Below, in pieces: positions 27,002 through 36,689 of a stretch of DNA of 64,000 nt (the stretch's first letter is position 1; every line of letters starts with the position of its first letter). The notes under the pieces were generated by a model, which did not search any database, had not been told where the DNA came from, and saw only the letters and a program-made list of their open reading frames with translations. The DNA is from a virus. Position numbers and translations under genes: made by a program. The stretch spans positions 1 to 64,000 of IMG/VR virus record IMGVR_UViG_3300021479_000013. One strand, written 5' to 3'.

Positions 27002-29040
27002 TCATCACCTCCGAAGTTCATATCTCGGAGCATCCTAACCATCTTCGGGTCGCCCTTGCAGCCCCGGCCCTCTTCTACGATGTAGTGCTCTTGCACCAGT
27101 GAGTAAAAAGACTTCCGCCAAACCGTCAGACCGAATTTCCAGGCGTTCAGCGCGCGCTCCACGTCTCGTTTTTCCATCGTGCCGCCGTTCTTTCTGAGCA
27201 GCCGGATGACGCCTTGTTGAATAGCGGACTCGTCGTTCTTGGCCTCGAAGGTCATGAGGTAGTCTTTGACAGACTCCTCGTACTTGACCATCTCGATGCC
27301 GCGAGCTACACAGTCTTCGTCTATTTCTTCAAGACCCAAATCAATGCTAAAATACAAACTCCATTTTTCCGCTCGCGCTGCGGTACGGTTGCCGTAGACT
27401 TCCAAGATACGTTGTAGCGGGGTCTTGTCGAAGAACTGGTACGTGCCCTTCGTAACCGCCGCGTCGATCACCTTGCGGGTCGCCAGAGCTGCCTCTTGGT
27501 AGTTTACAGCGTGCTCCAGCTTCAGCGGCGGAAGTGTCTTCGGTTCCAGAACCCAGGTGAATCGGTCGTTCAGTCCTGTGTCTTCCCCGGCCAGCTGAGA
27601 CCACAGTTCCGAAAACTTCTTATCAGTGGTCGCTGTAATGAGAGACGCGCAGTAAGTATTCGGGTCGATATTGAACGTGTCCTTCTTGCTCTTGATGGAG
27701 TTTGCGAAGTTGCCCGAGTCGTACAGCTTCAGCAACGCGCTGCTCATCCCGCTGCCCTCGATGCGGGCCTTCCCGACCAGGGATGACAGCTCATCGTAAA
27801 AGAGGACCGCGTTCTTGCAGTTGGTCCGCATCATGTCCGTACCCAAACCTTCCGGACTGCCCGCCTCCCACACGAGAGACTTACCGTCCGCGTTCTTAAT
27901 GTTCTTGGAGTACATCGAGAGCACGCTGGCGTAATCGAGAAACTTCATCGCGTCCTTGATCGAAGACGACTTGTTCGCGCGGCCCTTCTTGCCGATCATT
28001 ACCAGATAGAAGCTGGGCTTCCAAGACGCGTAAGGGACGTTGACCTTGGTAGCAAGGTAGTTCATCATCATCACCGCTGTCGGCATCCACATAAAGTAGT
28101 CGATGCGCGAGTTGCTCTCGCAGTAAGGCTTCACAAAACCCTCATATATGCTTGTTCCAAAAAGAACGTGACGAGGGAAAACTGGATATTCAATCGGGTC
28201 GAAGTTTAACGTCTCCTCGGGCTCTACTACTTCCAGCGGTGCTTGTTCCTGATTCAGCACAAGGCTCTTGTCTTCACCTGGGGGGAAGCTGGTGCAGATA
28301 GACTTAGACATCTGAATAACTTTGCTGTCGTCAATCGGCTCTTCGCACTGCTCGTGAACTATGCGTAACAGCGCGACCTTGATCTCTTCTTGTGTTAAAC
28401 CTGCGTGCCGCAGCCGTCCGGCCTGGGATAGCATGAATCCGTGTATGCCGCCGTGCGCTACCTTGCCGCGCTCGTTGCGTGGTGCGTCTATTACCGTGGC
28501 CGTGCTCTGCTTTTGAATCTTCTGTGATATCAGCCACTGCACCAGCCACTCGGGGGCCTCAGCAATCGGCGTGTTCCAGTTCATCGCGGTGTAAGGCTGC
28601 CCGGTGTCCGGATGAATAGAGCCAGGGCCGACTACGTATTCTCTGTTTGTGCGGACAGACCAGTCCTGACCTATAACATACGTTTGAGAAAGATTGGGTA
28701 AATTCTTTGACGCATTGTTGTGTCTGAAATAATAATGACCCCGGCCAGGTCGGGAGCGCACACTGAAAGTTAGGGGCATTGTCTGCCCTGTATCTTTCTG
28801 CATTCGAGGGAGTACGTCCTTGGAGTCTGTTTCGAAGAACCAGATACCGTTCTCTTCTGCGCGCGCAACGCAAGCGACGTTGCAGTTGGGGTGTTGGTGG
28901 TCCCAGACGGCGATTTGATCTAAGTCGGTTGTTGCTGTGGTAGGAAAGTCTGGTAAGAATGCTGCCTTTGTTCCGGGGCGCACTGGTGTGACGGGTACAC
29001 CAAGCTTTGCAAGCGGTTCGGCTATCTCTCTAAAACCCAT
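26998..29040 (-). CDS. Bifunctional primase-polymerase with PriCT and DUF3987-like helicase domain
   Basis: PVRPGTK, GRGHYYF, YVVGPGSIH; C-terminal SPEGL, YDEL, GLNDRF. Confidence 0.82.
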   Translation of the reverse strand: MGFREIAEPLAKLGVPVTPVRPGTKAAFLPDFPTTATTDLDQIAVWDHQHPNCNVACVARAEENGIWFFETDSKDVLPRMQKDTGQTMPLTFSVRSRPGRGHYYFRHNNASKNLPNLSQTYVIGQDWSVRTNREYVVGPGSIHPDTGQPYTAMNWNTPIAEAPEWLVQWLISQKIQKQSTATVIDAPRNERGKVAHGGIHGFMLSQAGRLRHAGLTQEEIKVALLRIVHEQCEEPIDDSKVIQMSKSICTSFPPGEDKSLVLNQEQAPLEVVEPEETLNFDPIEYPVFPRHVLFGTSIYEGFVKPYCESNSRIDYFMWMPTAVMMMNYLATKVNVPYASWKPSFYLVMIGKKGRANKSSSIKDAMKFLDYASVLSMYSKNIKNADGKSLVWEAGSPEGLGTDMMRTNCKNAVLFYDELSSLVGKARIEGSGMSSALLKLYDSGNFANSIKSKKDTFNIDPNTYCASLITATTDKKFSELWSQLAGEDTGLNDRFTWVLEPKTLPPLKLEHAVNYQEAALATRKVIDAAVTKGTYQFFDKTPLQRILEVYGNRTAARAEKWSLYFSIDLGLEEIDEDCVARGIEMVKYEESVKDYLMTFEAKNDESAIQQGVIRLLRKNGGTMEKRDVERALNAWKFGLTVWRKSFYSLVQEHYIVEEGRGCKGDPKMVRMLRDMNFGGDE

Positions 29041-29131
29041 GTGCCCTCGATTCGAATATTATACCACGCGCTCTGGCGTGGGCGTCAAGCCTTATTTTCG
29101 GTTGGCTTTCACCGTTTCGAGGAGGAAACTC

Positions 29132-29761
29132 TTAGAACGCTTCGTTAGAAGCGGGCGGCTGGTTGAAAGACACGGTATTCGGCTGTCCAGGCTGTTGCTG
29201 CTGCTGAGGCTGGAACTGTTGGGGCTGTTGGGGAATCGCGTACGTCTGTACGGGGCGGCCCTGGGGTCCAGCTTGGGTCTTTACTCGGTCCTTGGCGCGA
29301 ACGAAGCCCTGAGGCGTTCCTGGCGCGATCTGGCCTGGTGCTAGCGGCATCAGCCCGACGACGTTAGAGAAGAAGTCGCCCGGTTTGGCTGGGTTCGGTT
29401 CTTTGGTGAGGAGCAGCCCGTTGGAGCGGCCCATCAGAAGCTTTTCCAAGTCCTGTGTGGACGAGATGAGCGGCGGTGCGCCGTTCAACACGCTGTATAC
29501 GATCTTGAACAGATTGCGAAAGAGAGGCTGAGAAGACTTCTCGCTCATCGATGCCGTCGGGAATACCGTGGCTTCGAGCTGCTTTCCTTCCGGGTCCAAC
29601 GCGGGCGCGCCGTTCGGGAGGTTGAGAGCCCAGACGATGCGAACCTTGTCCTTGGGACCGAATGAGGTTTGGACCTTCGGCATGTCAACGACGTCGATAA
29701 TCGTGCCGATGTACATACCCGGTTCCGGTTTGAAAAATACCCTGCCTTGCGTGATTTCCAT
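29132..29761 (-). CDS. Putative single-stranded DNA-binding protein
   Basis: PG-x-Y-x-G-x-I OB-like N-terminus; Q-rich tail ending in F; adjacent to the primase. Confidence 0.6.
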   Translation of the reverse strand: MEITQGRVFFKPEPGMYIGTIIDVVDMPKVQTSFGPKDKVRIVWALNLPNGAPALDPEGKQLEATVFPTASMSEKSSQPLFRNLFKIVYSVLNGAPPLISSTQDLEKLLMGRSNGLLLTKEPNPAKPGDFFSNVVGLMPLAPGQIAPGTPQGFVRAKDRVKTQAGPQGRPVQTYAIPQQPQQFQPQQQQQPGQPNTVSFNQPPASNEAF

Positions 29762-29792
29762 GTTCCATCCTTGTGCGCTGTGCGCGTCTATT

Positions 29793-30515
29793 TTACTGCT
29801 GGTCTTCCAGTTCCTCCGGTAGGAGGTCTAGAACTTGTAATGAAAACTCGTTGTTGACCTTGGTCGCCAGGTCGTTAAGGTCGATCTCTTTTACGGCCTT
29901 CCACCAGATGCGATGGTCGTTGTTCCAGCGAAACTTGTGCCTCTTAGCCGCCTTGTTATTGCTGAAGTCTTGTTTCGATTGTACAACAAGCATCGGGCTC
30001 TTCGCGCGCTCTAATACTACTTCGAAGGAAAACTTTGCCACCAGCCGAAGCATTGCGCCGACGTCCGCGCCTGCCTCGTGCGCGTCATAATAAATCCCGA
30101 GCTTTGCACACATCGTAATTAATTCTTGGCCTTTCATAGGCACGTCGGTGAAGGGATCGATAAGCAGCTTATCTGGAAAATCTTTCTTGACTCGTTTGGC
30201 CCAAGCCTGGCACATAGGCACGTCAAAACGGTGGCCGTTGAAGGCTACGATAGCCTCTGCCTTGTCCATGAAGTACATCATCTCGTCGAACGCTTCGCTG
30301 GGCTCGTATCCGAAGTTGTCGACCATGCTCTGGGTGATGCCTGTAATTTCTGTAATCTCATCTGTAACGGGGACGCCGTCGGACTTGATTAAGAGAGCGC
30401 GGGTATCTAGACTGCGGTTATATTTTGTCGTCCACAAGGCGATGCCGACTTCTATTGGGCGGTCTTGCACCTTGTCGAGTCCCGTGCTCTCTATGTCGAA
30501 ACCTGCTAGAATCAT
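29793..30515 (-). CDS. DEDDh 3'-5' exonuclease (DnaQ-like)
   Basis: FDIESTG, AFNGHRFD, AHEAGADV. Confidence 0.9.
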   Translation of the reverse strand: MILAGFDIESTGLDKVQDRPIEVGIALWTTKYNRSLDTRALLIKSDGVPVTDEITEITGITQSMVDNFGYEPSEAFDEMMYFMDKAEAIVAFNGHRFDVPMCQAWAKRVKKDFPDKLLIDPFTDVPMKGQELITMCAKLGIYYDAHEAGADVGAMLRLVAKFSFEVVLERAKSPMLVVQSKQDFSNNKAAKRHKFRWNNDHRIWWKAVKEIDLNDLATKVNNEFSLQVLDLLPEELEDQQ

Positions 30516-30550
30516 TTTGTCCCTTTCATTGGCTCACCGAGCAGTGGCAT

Positions 30551-30901
30551 CTATTGTTTCACCGGCTCGTCGCCGTTTTCCAAGCGCTCGACGCCGTCTG
30601 TGTCGGGCATGGTCATCTCGCCTGTCATCGGAAAAATCGAGACGTCCATCTTGACAATCCACTTCATCGGAACGATCATGCGGTCGGCTGGCATCTTCAT
30701 TATATCGATCAAAGCGCCCTGGTCCCGCTGGCATATCATCGCCTGCATTCTCACGAACGCGCCAGCTTGGGCCTCGATAGCCTCGTCGTACATCTTGGCG
30801 TCGTAGCCTTTCATTAAGAGGAAGGCGTAAATCACCGGGGGCAGGCCGTTCGCCTGCCCGTCCGTTGATATGTGTCCGTTGAACCTGATTGCGTGGTCCA
30901 T
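30551..30901 (-). CDS. Hypothetical protein
   Basis: TAATG overlap. Confidence 0.65.
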   Translation of the reverse strand: MDHAIRFNGHISTDGQANGLPPVIYAFLLMKGYDAKMYDEAIEAQAGAFVRMQAMICQRDQGALIDIMKMPADRMIVPMKWIVKMDVSIFPMTGEMTMPDTDGVERLENGDEPVKQ

Positions 30902-31251
30902 TAGCTCAGTTGGACTTTCGCGGGATGCCCGCTCTTGATTGCTTCGTTAGTCTGGCGCGCGTGCGCGGCTGCTTGTGCGGCCTGGGCGATAGCTGCCTGG
31001 TTGCCTGCTACGAGCTTGGGCTGTTCCAGAATGTTGTGAACGCCCGTGCTGATTGCCTTGACTTCGCATACGTCCGAGCAGTACACCAAATTTCGTCCGT
31101 CGGCAGTCTGTGTCACGCGGGTCGCGCGCAGCCAGACGTTCTCGGGTAGCTCAAACGTTTCCTTCTCTGCCTTACGGTCGTACATGATTCCTTTGGTGCA
31201 CTCGGGGCCGTCACAAGAGATTGCCCTGATCTGACTGTCTACGATTCCCAT
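30901..31251 (-). CDS. Hypothetical protein (Cys motifs)
   Basis: CDGPEC and YCSDVC; AGGAG RBS. Confidence 0.7.
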   Translation of the reverse strand: MGIVDSQIRAISCDGPECTKGIMYDRKAEKETFELPENVWLRATRVTQTADGRNLVYCSDVCEVKAISTGVHNILEQPKLVAGNQAAIAQAAQAAAHARQTNEAIKSGHPAKVQLS

Positions 31252-31264
31252 TTTTATTTCTCCT

Positions 31265-31816
31265 TTAAAGCTGCTGCCCGCCGTCGAAAAGTATGTCGTA
31301 GAATCTTTCTAGGAACAATTGCTTGTTCACCCGGAAGGATGTCTCCACGATATTTACGTCGGCTGCTAGCTTGTCCTTGCTCCACGAATTCTTCCACTCG
31401 GTCGTCGGCATGATCTGCGCTTTCTCAGCGTAAAGCATTTGATTGTCGATCTCGTGGATTATCTCCGGGTCCTTCTCGTCCAACCCGAATCTGTTATAAA
31501 TCATCCCTTGAATTGGGGCCTCGATCTTTCGGTACTCGACGCCTGCGGGGGTGAAGTGTTTCAAAGGCCTATTTACATCTCCTATGTATGTTTCGCTCGC
31601 GTCATGAAGGAGGAATCGGAGAGCGTACCACTTCGGCACGAGGTAGCTGCCGAGTCGGCTGTGCTGCGATACCGGGTACGGAAAGCGGCAGTGGCCTGTA
31701 AACCTGTTGCACTGGCTAGACGAGTGCGCGATATCCTCGATGCACACCATCTCCGGAGTCGGCTCCAGTATGTCGAAGTACAATCCGGTCGAGGTGACTA
31801 TCGTCGCTTGGCTCAA
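31265..31816 (-). CDS. HD-domain phosphohydrolase (YfdR/5'-deoxynucleotidase-like)
   Basis: IEDIAH, RFTGH, VSQHS, LLHDASETYIGD, D..ML..E. Confidence 0.88.
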   Translation of the reverse strand: MSQATIVTSTGLYFDILEPTPEMVCIEDIAHSSSQCNRFTGHCRFPYPVSQHSRLGSYLVPKWYALRFLLHDASETYIGDVNRPLKHFTPAGVEYRKIEAPIQGMIYNRFGLDEKDPEIIHEIDNQMLYAEKAQIMPTTEWKNSWSKDKLAADVNIVETSFRVNKQLFLERFYDILFDGGQQL

Positions 31817-32634
31817 CTTACCGTCCTCGTTCCTTTGCGTTTAATGGACGAAGTTCACCCGCGTAAAAGAACGGAGACAAAAACTCATCTCTCTTATTCT
31901 TGCCCGGCAAGTATCCGTCAGTGAAATAGTATTCTATGGTATGAATACGCCTTACGGCGCTGATGTACCGATAGTCTTTGTTGCCAGTTTTTCTAAGGGC
32001 TACAACTTGTCCTACCTTGAATGTCGTCATTATTTATCCTTTTAATTCTCTGAGTTTAACTTCCCTGCGTACTCCAAACTTACCAGGTCCCAGTAAAGAG
32101 ATAGCGTTTTAATTTTCAATTGCTCCAAAGTTCCATTGTTGTCGATAACGTAGTTCGCCATCTCTTTCGTTACAGAGCATGACGTTGAAGGCTCCGGTGA
32201 TACGTGCTTGCTGCGGTCGACCCATATGCTGTAGTCGAATAGGCGCTCGTCGCGCACTGCGTTTAGTTCCACCTCGCTGCGCATGCCGACGTAGATGTCG
32301 TTATCCGCGTAAATCTCCCTGGCGAGCCGAGCCGCGTCCGGCGTATTGAAGGCCTTGATCTGCTCGTACCAGTCTTGACGGTGGTTAACACGGTCGGCGT
32401 AGCACTCGTCCAGGCTCGCGTCGTGCAGGAGGAAGCGGAGAGCGTACTTCATCGGCACGAGAAAGCTTCCGAGTCGGCTGTGCTGCGATACAGGGTACGG
32501 AAAGCGGCAGTGGCCCGTAAATCTGTTGCACTGGCTAGACGAGTGCGCGATATCCTCGATGCACACCATCTCCGGAGTCGGCTCCAGTATGTCGAAGTAC
32601 AATCCGGTCGAGGTGACTATCGTCGCTTGGCTCA
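31595..32634. repeat. ~221-bp direct repeat (31595-31815 and 32414-32634)
   Basis: Manual alignment at offset 819; identical at the gene 5' end, with scattered substitutions toward the other end. Confidence 0.95.
31818..32030 (-). CDS. Hypothetical protein
   Basis: AAGGA RBS; lies between the two repeat copies. Confidence 0.6.
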   Translation of the reverse strand: MTTFKVGQVVALRKTGNKDYRYISAVRRIHTIEYYFTDGYLPGKNKRDEFLSPFFYAGELRPLNAKERGR

Positions 32635-32635
32635 C
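32042..32635 (-). CDS. Chimeric ORF: N-terminal copy of the HD hydrolase fused to a dNMP-kinase-like C-terminal half
   Basis: First ~74 aa nearly identical to 31265..31816, then ECYADRVNHR...YVGMRS...IDNNGT. Confidence 0.7.
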   Translation of the reverse strand: MSQATIVTSTGLYFDILEPTPEMVCIEDIAHSSSQCNRFTGHCRFPYPVSQHSRLGSFLVPMKYALRFLLHDASLDECYADRVNHRQDWYEQIKAFNTPDAARLAREIYADNDIYVGMRSEVELNAVRDERLFDYSIWVDRSKHVSPEPSTSCSVTKEMANYVIDNNGTLEQLKIKTLSLYWDLVSLEYAGKLNSEN

Positions 32636-33201
32636 TTGGTTCCCATAGTTTTCAGGTAGTGGACCAACGTAATCGCTTGCTCTTCGAAGAGCGCTACGTG
32701 CCCGTGCATGTTGCAGAGGATGGAGTCGAACGCGTAACTGTCTAGCTCGATCTCGCTTTGATGATTGCTAGGACGGTCTGACGCTATAAGCCGTCTGCCG
32801 AGTTCGTCGTATCTTTTAATGTCCACGATGTGCGCGCCTAGTTTCTTCAGTCCGTCAGCCTCGTTGAGGTAGCGAACGTCGGAGAATATTACAACGCCTG
32901 CAGTTGGGTCGATCTTTTTAATGCCCTGGTCGAACCAAAAGTTTTCGCCGTTCTGATACCGCTTGGTAGCGCCGACGTCCTGCAGAAGAGGCGCGTCCTT
33001 CCCTATCATGCCATATTCCTTCCTGCACACATCATACAGAGAGTCCGCGAAGCCTATGCCTTGCACTGTAGGCGAAGCGGTCTTGAGACCGTGTTTACGC
33101 TGCATCTCTCTCATCGCGTCGTAGTAGTTCTTAACCGCGTCGACGAACGTTCCCTTGCCCTGACGTGCCTTGTGGCCGAGTCCGATTATGATCTGTGTCA
33201 T
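32632..33201 (-). CDS. Deoxynucleotide monophosphate kinase
   Basis: P-loop GHKARQGKGT, FADSL, LLQDVG, DVRYLNE, HQSE. Confidence 0.85.
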   Translation of the reverse strand: MTQIIIGLGHKARQGKGTFVDAVKNYYDAMREMQRKHGLKTASPTVQGIGFADSLYDVCRKEYGMIGKDAPLLQDVGATKRYQNGENFWFDQGIKKIDPTAGVVIFSDVRYLNEADGLKKLGAHIVDIKRYDELGRRLIASDRPSNHQSEIELDSYAFDSILCNMHGHVALFEEQAITLVHYLKTMGTK

Positions 33202-33202
33202 G

Positions 33203-33460
33203 TTATTCTCCCGATTCCATTTCCTGCCGACGTTTCAGTCTGGCGTGGTAGAACAAGTCTAACATATGTGTGCCGACTTCGATAGCCTTATTTTCTTTCA
33301 TCTGGTGCTGCTTCGCTAGGTGCCCGATCAGCGAGAGCGCGAAGCCTGTGCCTAAATACTTGTGGCAGTCCTTGCAATCGATCACGCCGTACTCGGGCAG
33401 CTCGATCTGAATAGGCTGGACCTTGGGTCCGAATATCCAGCGGTGAACCATTGATAGCAT
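33203..33460 (-). CDS. Hypothetical protein (C2H2-like)
   Basis: CxxC...HxxxxH. Confidence 0.6.
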   Translation of the reverse strand: MLSMVHRWIFGPKVQPIQIELPEYGVIDCKDCHKYLGTGFALSLIGHLAKQHQMKENKAIEVGTHMLDLFYHARLKRRQEMESGE

Positions 33461-33648
33461 TAAAGCGCCTCCACTGCCTGGTAGATTACAACGTACCGTT
33501 CCGATATCCAGTTGCCTTGTGCCATTACTGCCATCTGTACAGTCACATTTATTACTTCAAAATGCTGTTCGCTGCCGTGTTGATAAACAAACGCGTTCAC
33601 CTGCTCCGCGCTGTTAAAAACCTTGGCGTAAGTTGCTGGGTTCTTCAT
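33460..33648 (-). CDS. Hypothetical protein
   Basis: GGGAG RBS; ATGA overlap. Confidence 0.55.
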   Translation of the reverse strand: MKNPATYAKVFNSAEQVNAFVYQHGSEQHFEVINVTVQMAVMAQGNWISERYVVIYQAVEAL

Positions 33649-33833
33649 GCTCCCCTCTTTGTTGCTTCCCTGATATCGTTCGGCTCCGAGCAGATGGAGC
33701 ACGGTACTACCTTGCGCTCCGGGTTCAGGTCTGTGACCATCCAGAAGCCTGAGCACCGTTGACATCCCAGCTTGCCGTTGAAGTAGATCACGTTCTTCGG
33801 CTTCATATCTCGTTTCGGTTTACGTTCTTCCAT
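33645..33833 (-). CDS. Small Zn-ribbon protein
   Basis: CQRC...CSIC. Confidence 0.6.
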   Translation of the reverse strand: MEERKPKRDMKPKNVIYFNGKLGCQRCSGFWMVTDLNPERKVVPCSICSEPNDIREATKRGA

Positions 33834-34699
33834 TACAGCCTCTTTCCACGCGCGTGCACGTTGACATCAATACGCCCGTCTTCTTGCAAGATTGCTACGC
33901 TGATTCCACGGTTGCCTGGTCCCATGCGCATCTTCGCCGCGTATCCGCCGAAGTACCTCAAGTACGAGGGGCTGATAATGGCTACGGTGTTGCGCTCGTA
34001 TGCGGAGCCGTCCGGCGCATACTCGATCTGATAGATGATGTCGACCATAGGCTGGTGAAGGTGCCCGGTCCAGAGGAGGTCTGCGCGCGCCCAGGTCAGT
34101 TCTTTCCTGGCGCTGTTACGCTGCGCGCCCGGTGTCTGCGCGCCGCCTGCGCCGTGGTGCGCGACCAAGCGAAACCGATTGCCGCGCCACTTAAGCTGAG
34201 CGAAGCAGTAGTCGGAGAAGTACGGCACTTGCAGATTATCTGCTAGCCGGTGGCCGCTGGAAACGCCGCACGCCTTGCTGCTTCGGTCTTCGTGATTACC
34301 CGGAAGGGAGAAAAGCATCTTGTGCTGGATTGGCGCGAGCATCTTCGTTGCGGAGAGAATCTGCTCCTCATTCGACATAGGCGTGTGGCCCATCTTCGGG
34401 TCTGTCACGTTCTCGATCATGTCGCCGCCGTTCCACGTTAGAACGTTCGGAGTCTTGGCAATCCAATCTCGGTGCTTCAAGAAGAGCTTCTCGTCGAATT
34501 CCCTGCTACCGATATGGACGTCGTAGAGGGGCGCGAGCTGAACGCAGTCCCAGCTATCCGGGATGTTGACAACCAATTCGGGAAACTCGCTTTCCGGTCG
34601 GACGATTCGGAAGGGGCGCTTGCCGAAGGTCTCTTGAATCTCCTCAATCTCGGTGAGGTAGTCCTTCTCGATAATCTCAACTGTCTTGGTTGCCTTCAT
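33833..34699 (-). CDS. Calcineurin-like metallophosphoesterase
   Basis: DVHIG, GDMIE, GNHE, HHG, GHLH. Confidence 0.9.
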   Translation of the reverse strand: MKATKTVEIIEKDYLTEIEEIQETFGKRPFRIVRPESEFPELVVNIPDSWDCVQLAPLYDVHIGSREFDEKLFLKHRDWIAKTPNVLTWNGGDMIENVTDPKMGHTPMSNEEQILSATKMLAPIQHKMLFSLPGNHEDRSSKACGVSSGHRLADNLQVPYFSDYCFAQLKWRGNRFRLVAHHGAGGAQTPGAQRNSARKELTWARADLLWTGHLHQPMVDIIYQIEYAPDGSAYERNTVAIISPSYLRYFGGYAAKMRMGPGNRGISVAILQEDGRIDVNVHARGKRL

Positions 34700-34707
34700 C
34701 TTTTCTC

Positions 34708-35124
34708 CTATCTGATTCCAAGTCTCATTCTTAAAATTTCTGAAATGCTCTTTCGTCGGGTCGGGTTCTTGGCGTAACGGGCCATTCTCTTCCTATCCCT
34801 GACTTTTTCTCCGTATTTATGATAACTTCTTCTGGTCGACGGACTTACGGCTCCATCGGACCTTCTATTACAGCAAGAAGAGCATTTCTTAGCGCCACCG
34901 TATACATAAGCGCTGCGGTTACACCGACGACCAGGGTGGAAAGTACAACAAATAATTTCTTTGTCCCATCTTAGTGATCTTCTCTTTTTTGATTTTGGGC
35001 CCTTGTGATACCCAGTACAACATGTGGAGCACATAGTTGTACGATTTCCTGCCCGCCACCTGCTTGGCACAATAGGCTTCCCGTGAATTCTGCAAGGCCT
35101 TTTTTCTGGTGGTGGAATATCCAT
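34708..35124 (-). CDS. Basic Cys-rich hypothetical protein (AT-rich, own promoter)
   Basis: Repeated CxxH/CxxC; TTGACA-17-TAGGCT at about 35151-35179. Confidence 0.6.
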   Translation of the reverse strand: MDIPPPEKRPCRIHGKPIVPSRWRAGNRTTMCSTCCTGYHKGPKSKKRRSLRWDKEIICCTFHPGRRCNRSAYVYGGAKKCSSCCNRRSDGAVSPSTRRSYHKYGEKVRDRKRMARYAKNPTRRKSISEILRMRLGIR

Positions 35125-35187
35125 TAACTTCCTTTCCTGAATTCTTAAGAAGCCTACCATGTTCGCCTTGTTTTGTCAAGACTTATT

Positions 35188-35880
35188 TTACGGCTTCAAA
35201 AGTGTGCGACCGATAAACCCTACGACCACGCCCGCGCCAAACCATTTAAGCTTGCTCTTGCGGCACTCGTCCTTCGCTGCCTTCAGTACCTCGCCGTCTG
35301 TCTTGATTTGTCCCGCGAGTACGACCGCGTCTTGCTTAATGATTCCAGCCTGGTCCGCGATAGTTCCGGCCTGGTTCTTAATCACTCCAGCTTGCTGAAC
35401 AACCGTCTGCGAATCCGCGAGGCCTTGGTCCAATTTTGCAACGATCTCTTGCCCGAGCGGCAGAGGTACAATCAAATCCTGCGACGCGTCGAGGGTGATA
35501 GCGCCTTGCTTGAATCCTGTCAGCGTCTCGATGCGGTGGCCCAGGTCAGGTGCTGGCAGAGCCTGGTCGTGGACGATCTGAACCTTAGTCTGTGATTGAA
35601 TCTGCGCGATGGACGCGAGGAATGTCGCGTTCTCTTTCTGGCGCTCGATCTCGTTTGCGGCATAAGCTGCTGCCAGCTGTGACGAGTGGTCTTTCTCGAC
35701 CGCGAGCGCTTGCTCAGCTGCCGTGGCCCGCGCCTCTTGGATAGACGCGACCTTTCCTTCGATCTCGTAGATACCGAAACCGAGAGCGCACGCCAGAGCT
35801 ACGTAGAGCACGATATGATGTGCCGTCAAAAAGACAACCGCGTTAGACTCGAAAGATTTAATTTCACCTGGAACTGTCAT
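35188..35880 (-). CDS. Membrane-anchored coiled-coil protein (possibly spanin-like)
   Basis: N-terminal TM segment, coiled coil, hydrophobic C-terminus. Confidence 0.6.
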   Translation of the reverse strand: MTVPGEIKSFESNAVVFLTAHHIVLYVALACALGFGIYEIEGKVASIQEARATAAEQALAVEKDHSSQLAAAYAANEIERQKENATFLASIAQIQSQTKVQIVHDQALPAPDLGHRIETLTGFKQGAITLDASQDLIVPLPLGQEIVAKLDQGLADSQTVVQQAGVIKNQAGTIADQAGIIKQDAVVLAGQIKTDGEVLKAAKDECRKSKLKWFGAGVVVGFIGRTLLKP

Positions 35881-36325
35881 TTTCCCTCGCTTCCTTCTTC
35901 AATCTCTTCCTGTGCGCCTTCGTTCCTGTCCTGCCTGGGTATCCGATGTGTGTGAAACCTAAGGCTAGCCAGGCTGGTGATAAATTCAAGTACTGCCCTA
36001 TTCTGCACACGAACTTCGCCACAGTCAGCGTTGTAACCTTGCCGAGCCCGTAACGCTTATACGCGTTCTCGATCTTCCCGAGTAACGGGTTGCAACGACT
36101 GCACAGAAGGCCACGAATTTCTCCCGTGGTGTGGTCGTGGTCTACGGATAGCCGACGACCTTTCACAGGTTCTGGCTGACCGCACGCGTAACAAACGCCG
36201 TCTTGAAAAGCCCAGATAATGTCGTACATCTCGGGCGTCAGCTTGTAACAATCCATCAGCCGCTTGGCCCTAGCTTTCGCCTTTGTTTTATCTTCCACAA
36301 AGGCAATACCACGGGTGGCATCCAA
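35864..36325 (-). CDS. Endonuclease VII family protein (possible resolvase)
   Basis: QDGVCYAC, SVDHDHTTGEIRGLLCSRCN. Confidence 0.9.
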   Translation of the reverse strand: MDATRGIAFVEDKTKAKARAKRLMDCYKLTPEMYDIIWAFQDGVCYACGQPEPVKGRRLSVDHDHTTGEIRGLLCSRCNPLLGKIENAYKRYGLGKVTTLTVAKFVCRIGQYLNLSPAWLALGFTHIGYPGRTGTKAHRKRLKKEARENDSSR

Positions 36326-36380
36326 TTACCCAATACTCCCTCCCCCGATTGTCCTGCCTCGTTGAAAATTAGTAAAACTT

Positions 36381-36689
36381 TTACAAATCCTGTAAGATTT
36401 CCGGCCTGATCTCTGCGCCGGTGACGTCGCTGTAAAACTGGCTGACAGAACGGGTCGGGTCTTGCTCTACGAGTTTGGCAGAGCATTCCGCGCAATAAGG
36501 CGGGGTGTCAATCTGCAGCATGATTGCCTCGATATTCATGGACGGTACCAGCTCGTGGTACCAGCATTCTGGCGCGCGCGTCTCGCCTGTCGACGCTACC
36601 GTGTAATCTTCTGTGCCTCCCGCGCCAGTGTGTCCGCATCCTGTGCATGTCAAAGTTAGGGCGGGGCCGACAATAAGTGTCATTTTCAC
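36381..36689 (-). CDS. Hypothetical protein
   Basis: CxxC pairs; GTGA overlap. Confidence 0.6.
   Translation of the reverse strand: MKMTLIVGPALTLTCTGCGHTGAGGTEDYTVASTGETRAPECWYHELVPSMNIEAIMLQIDTPPYCAECSAKLVEQDPTRSVSQFYSDVTGAEIRPEILQDL

Noticed and set aside
31265-31816. HD hydrolase as DatZ of a Z-genome (2-aminoadenine) system
   Set aside because: No PurZ or MazZ is visible in the window, and the motifs fit the common YfdR-like phage family.
31595-32634. Repeat pair as the TR/VR of a diversity-generating retroelement
   Set aside because: Mismatches are not adenine-specific and are mostly synonymous; the repeat covers the gene 5' end; no reverse transcriptase is present in the window.
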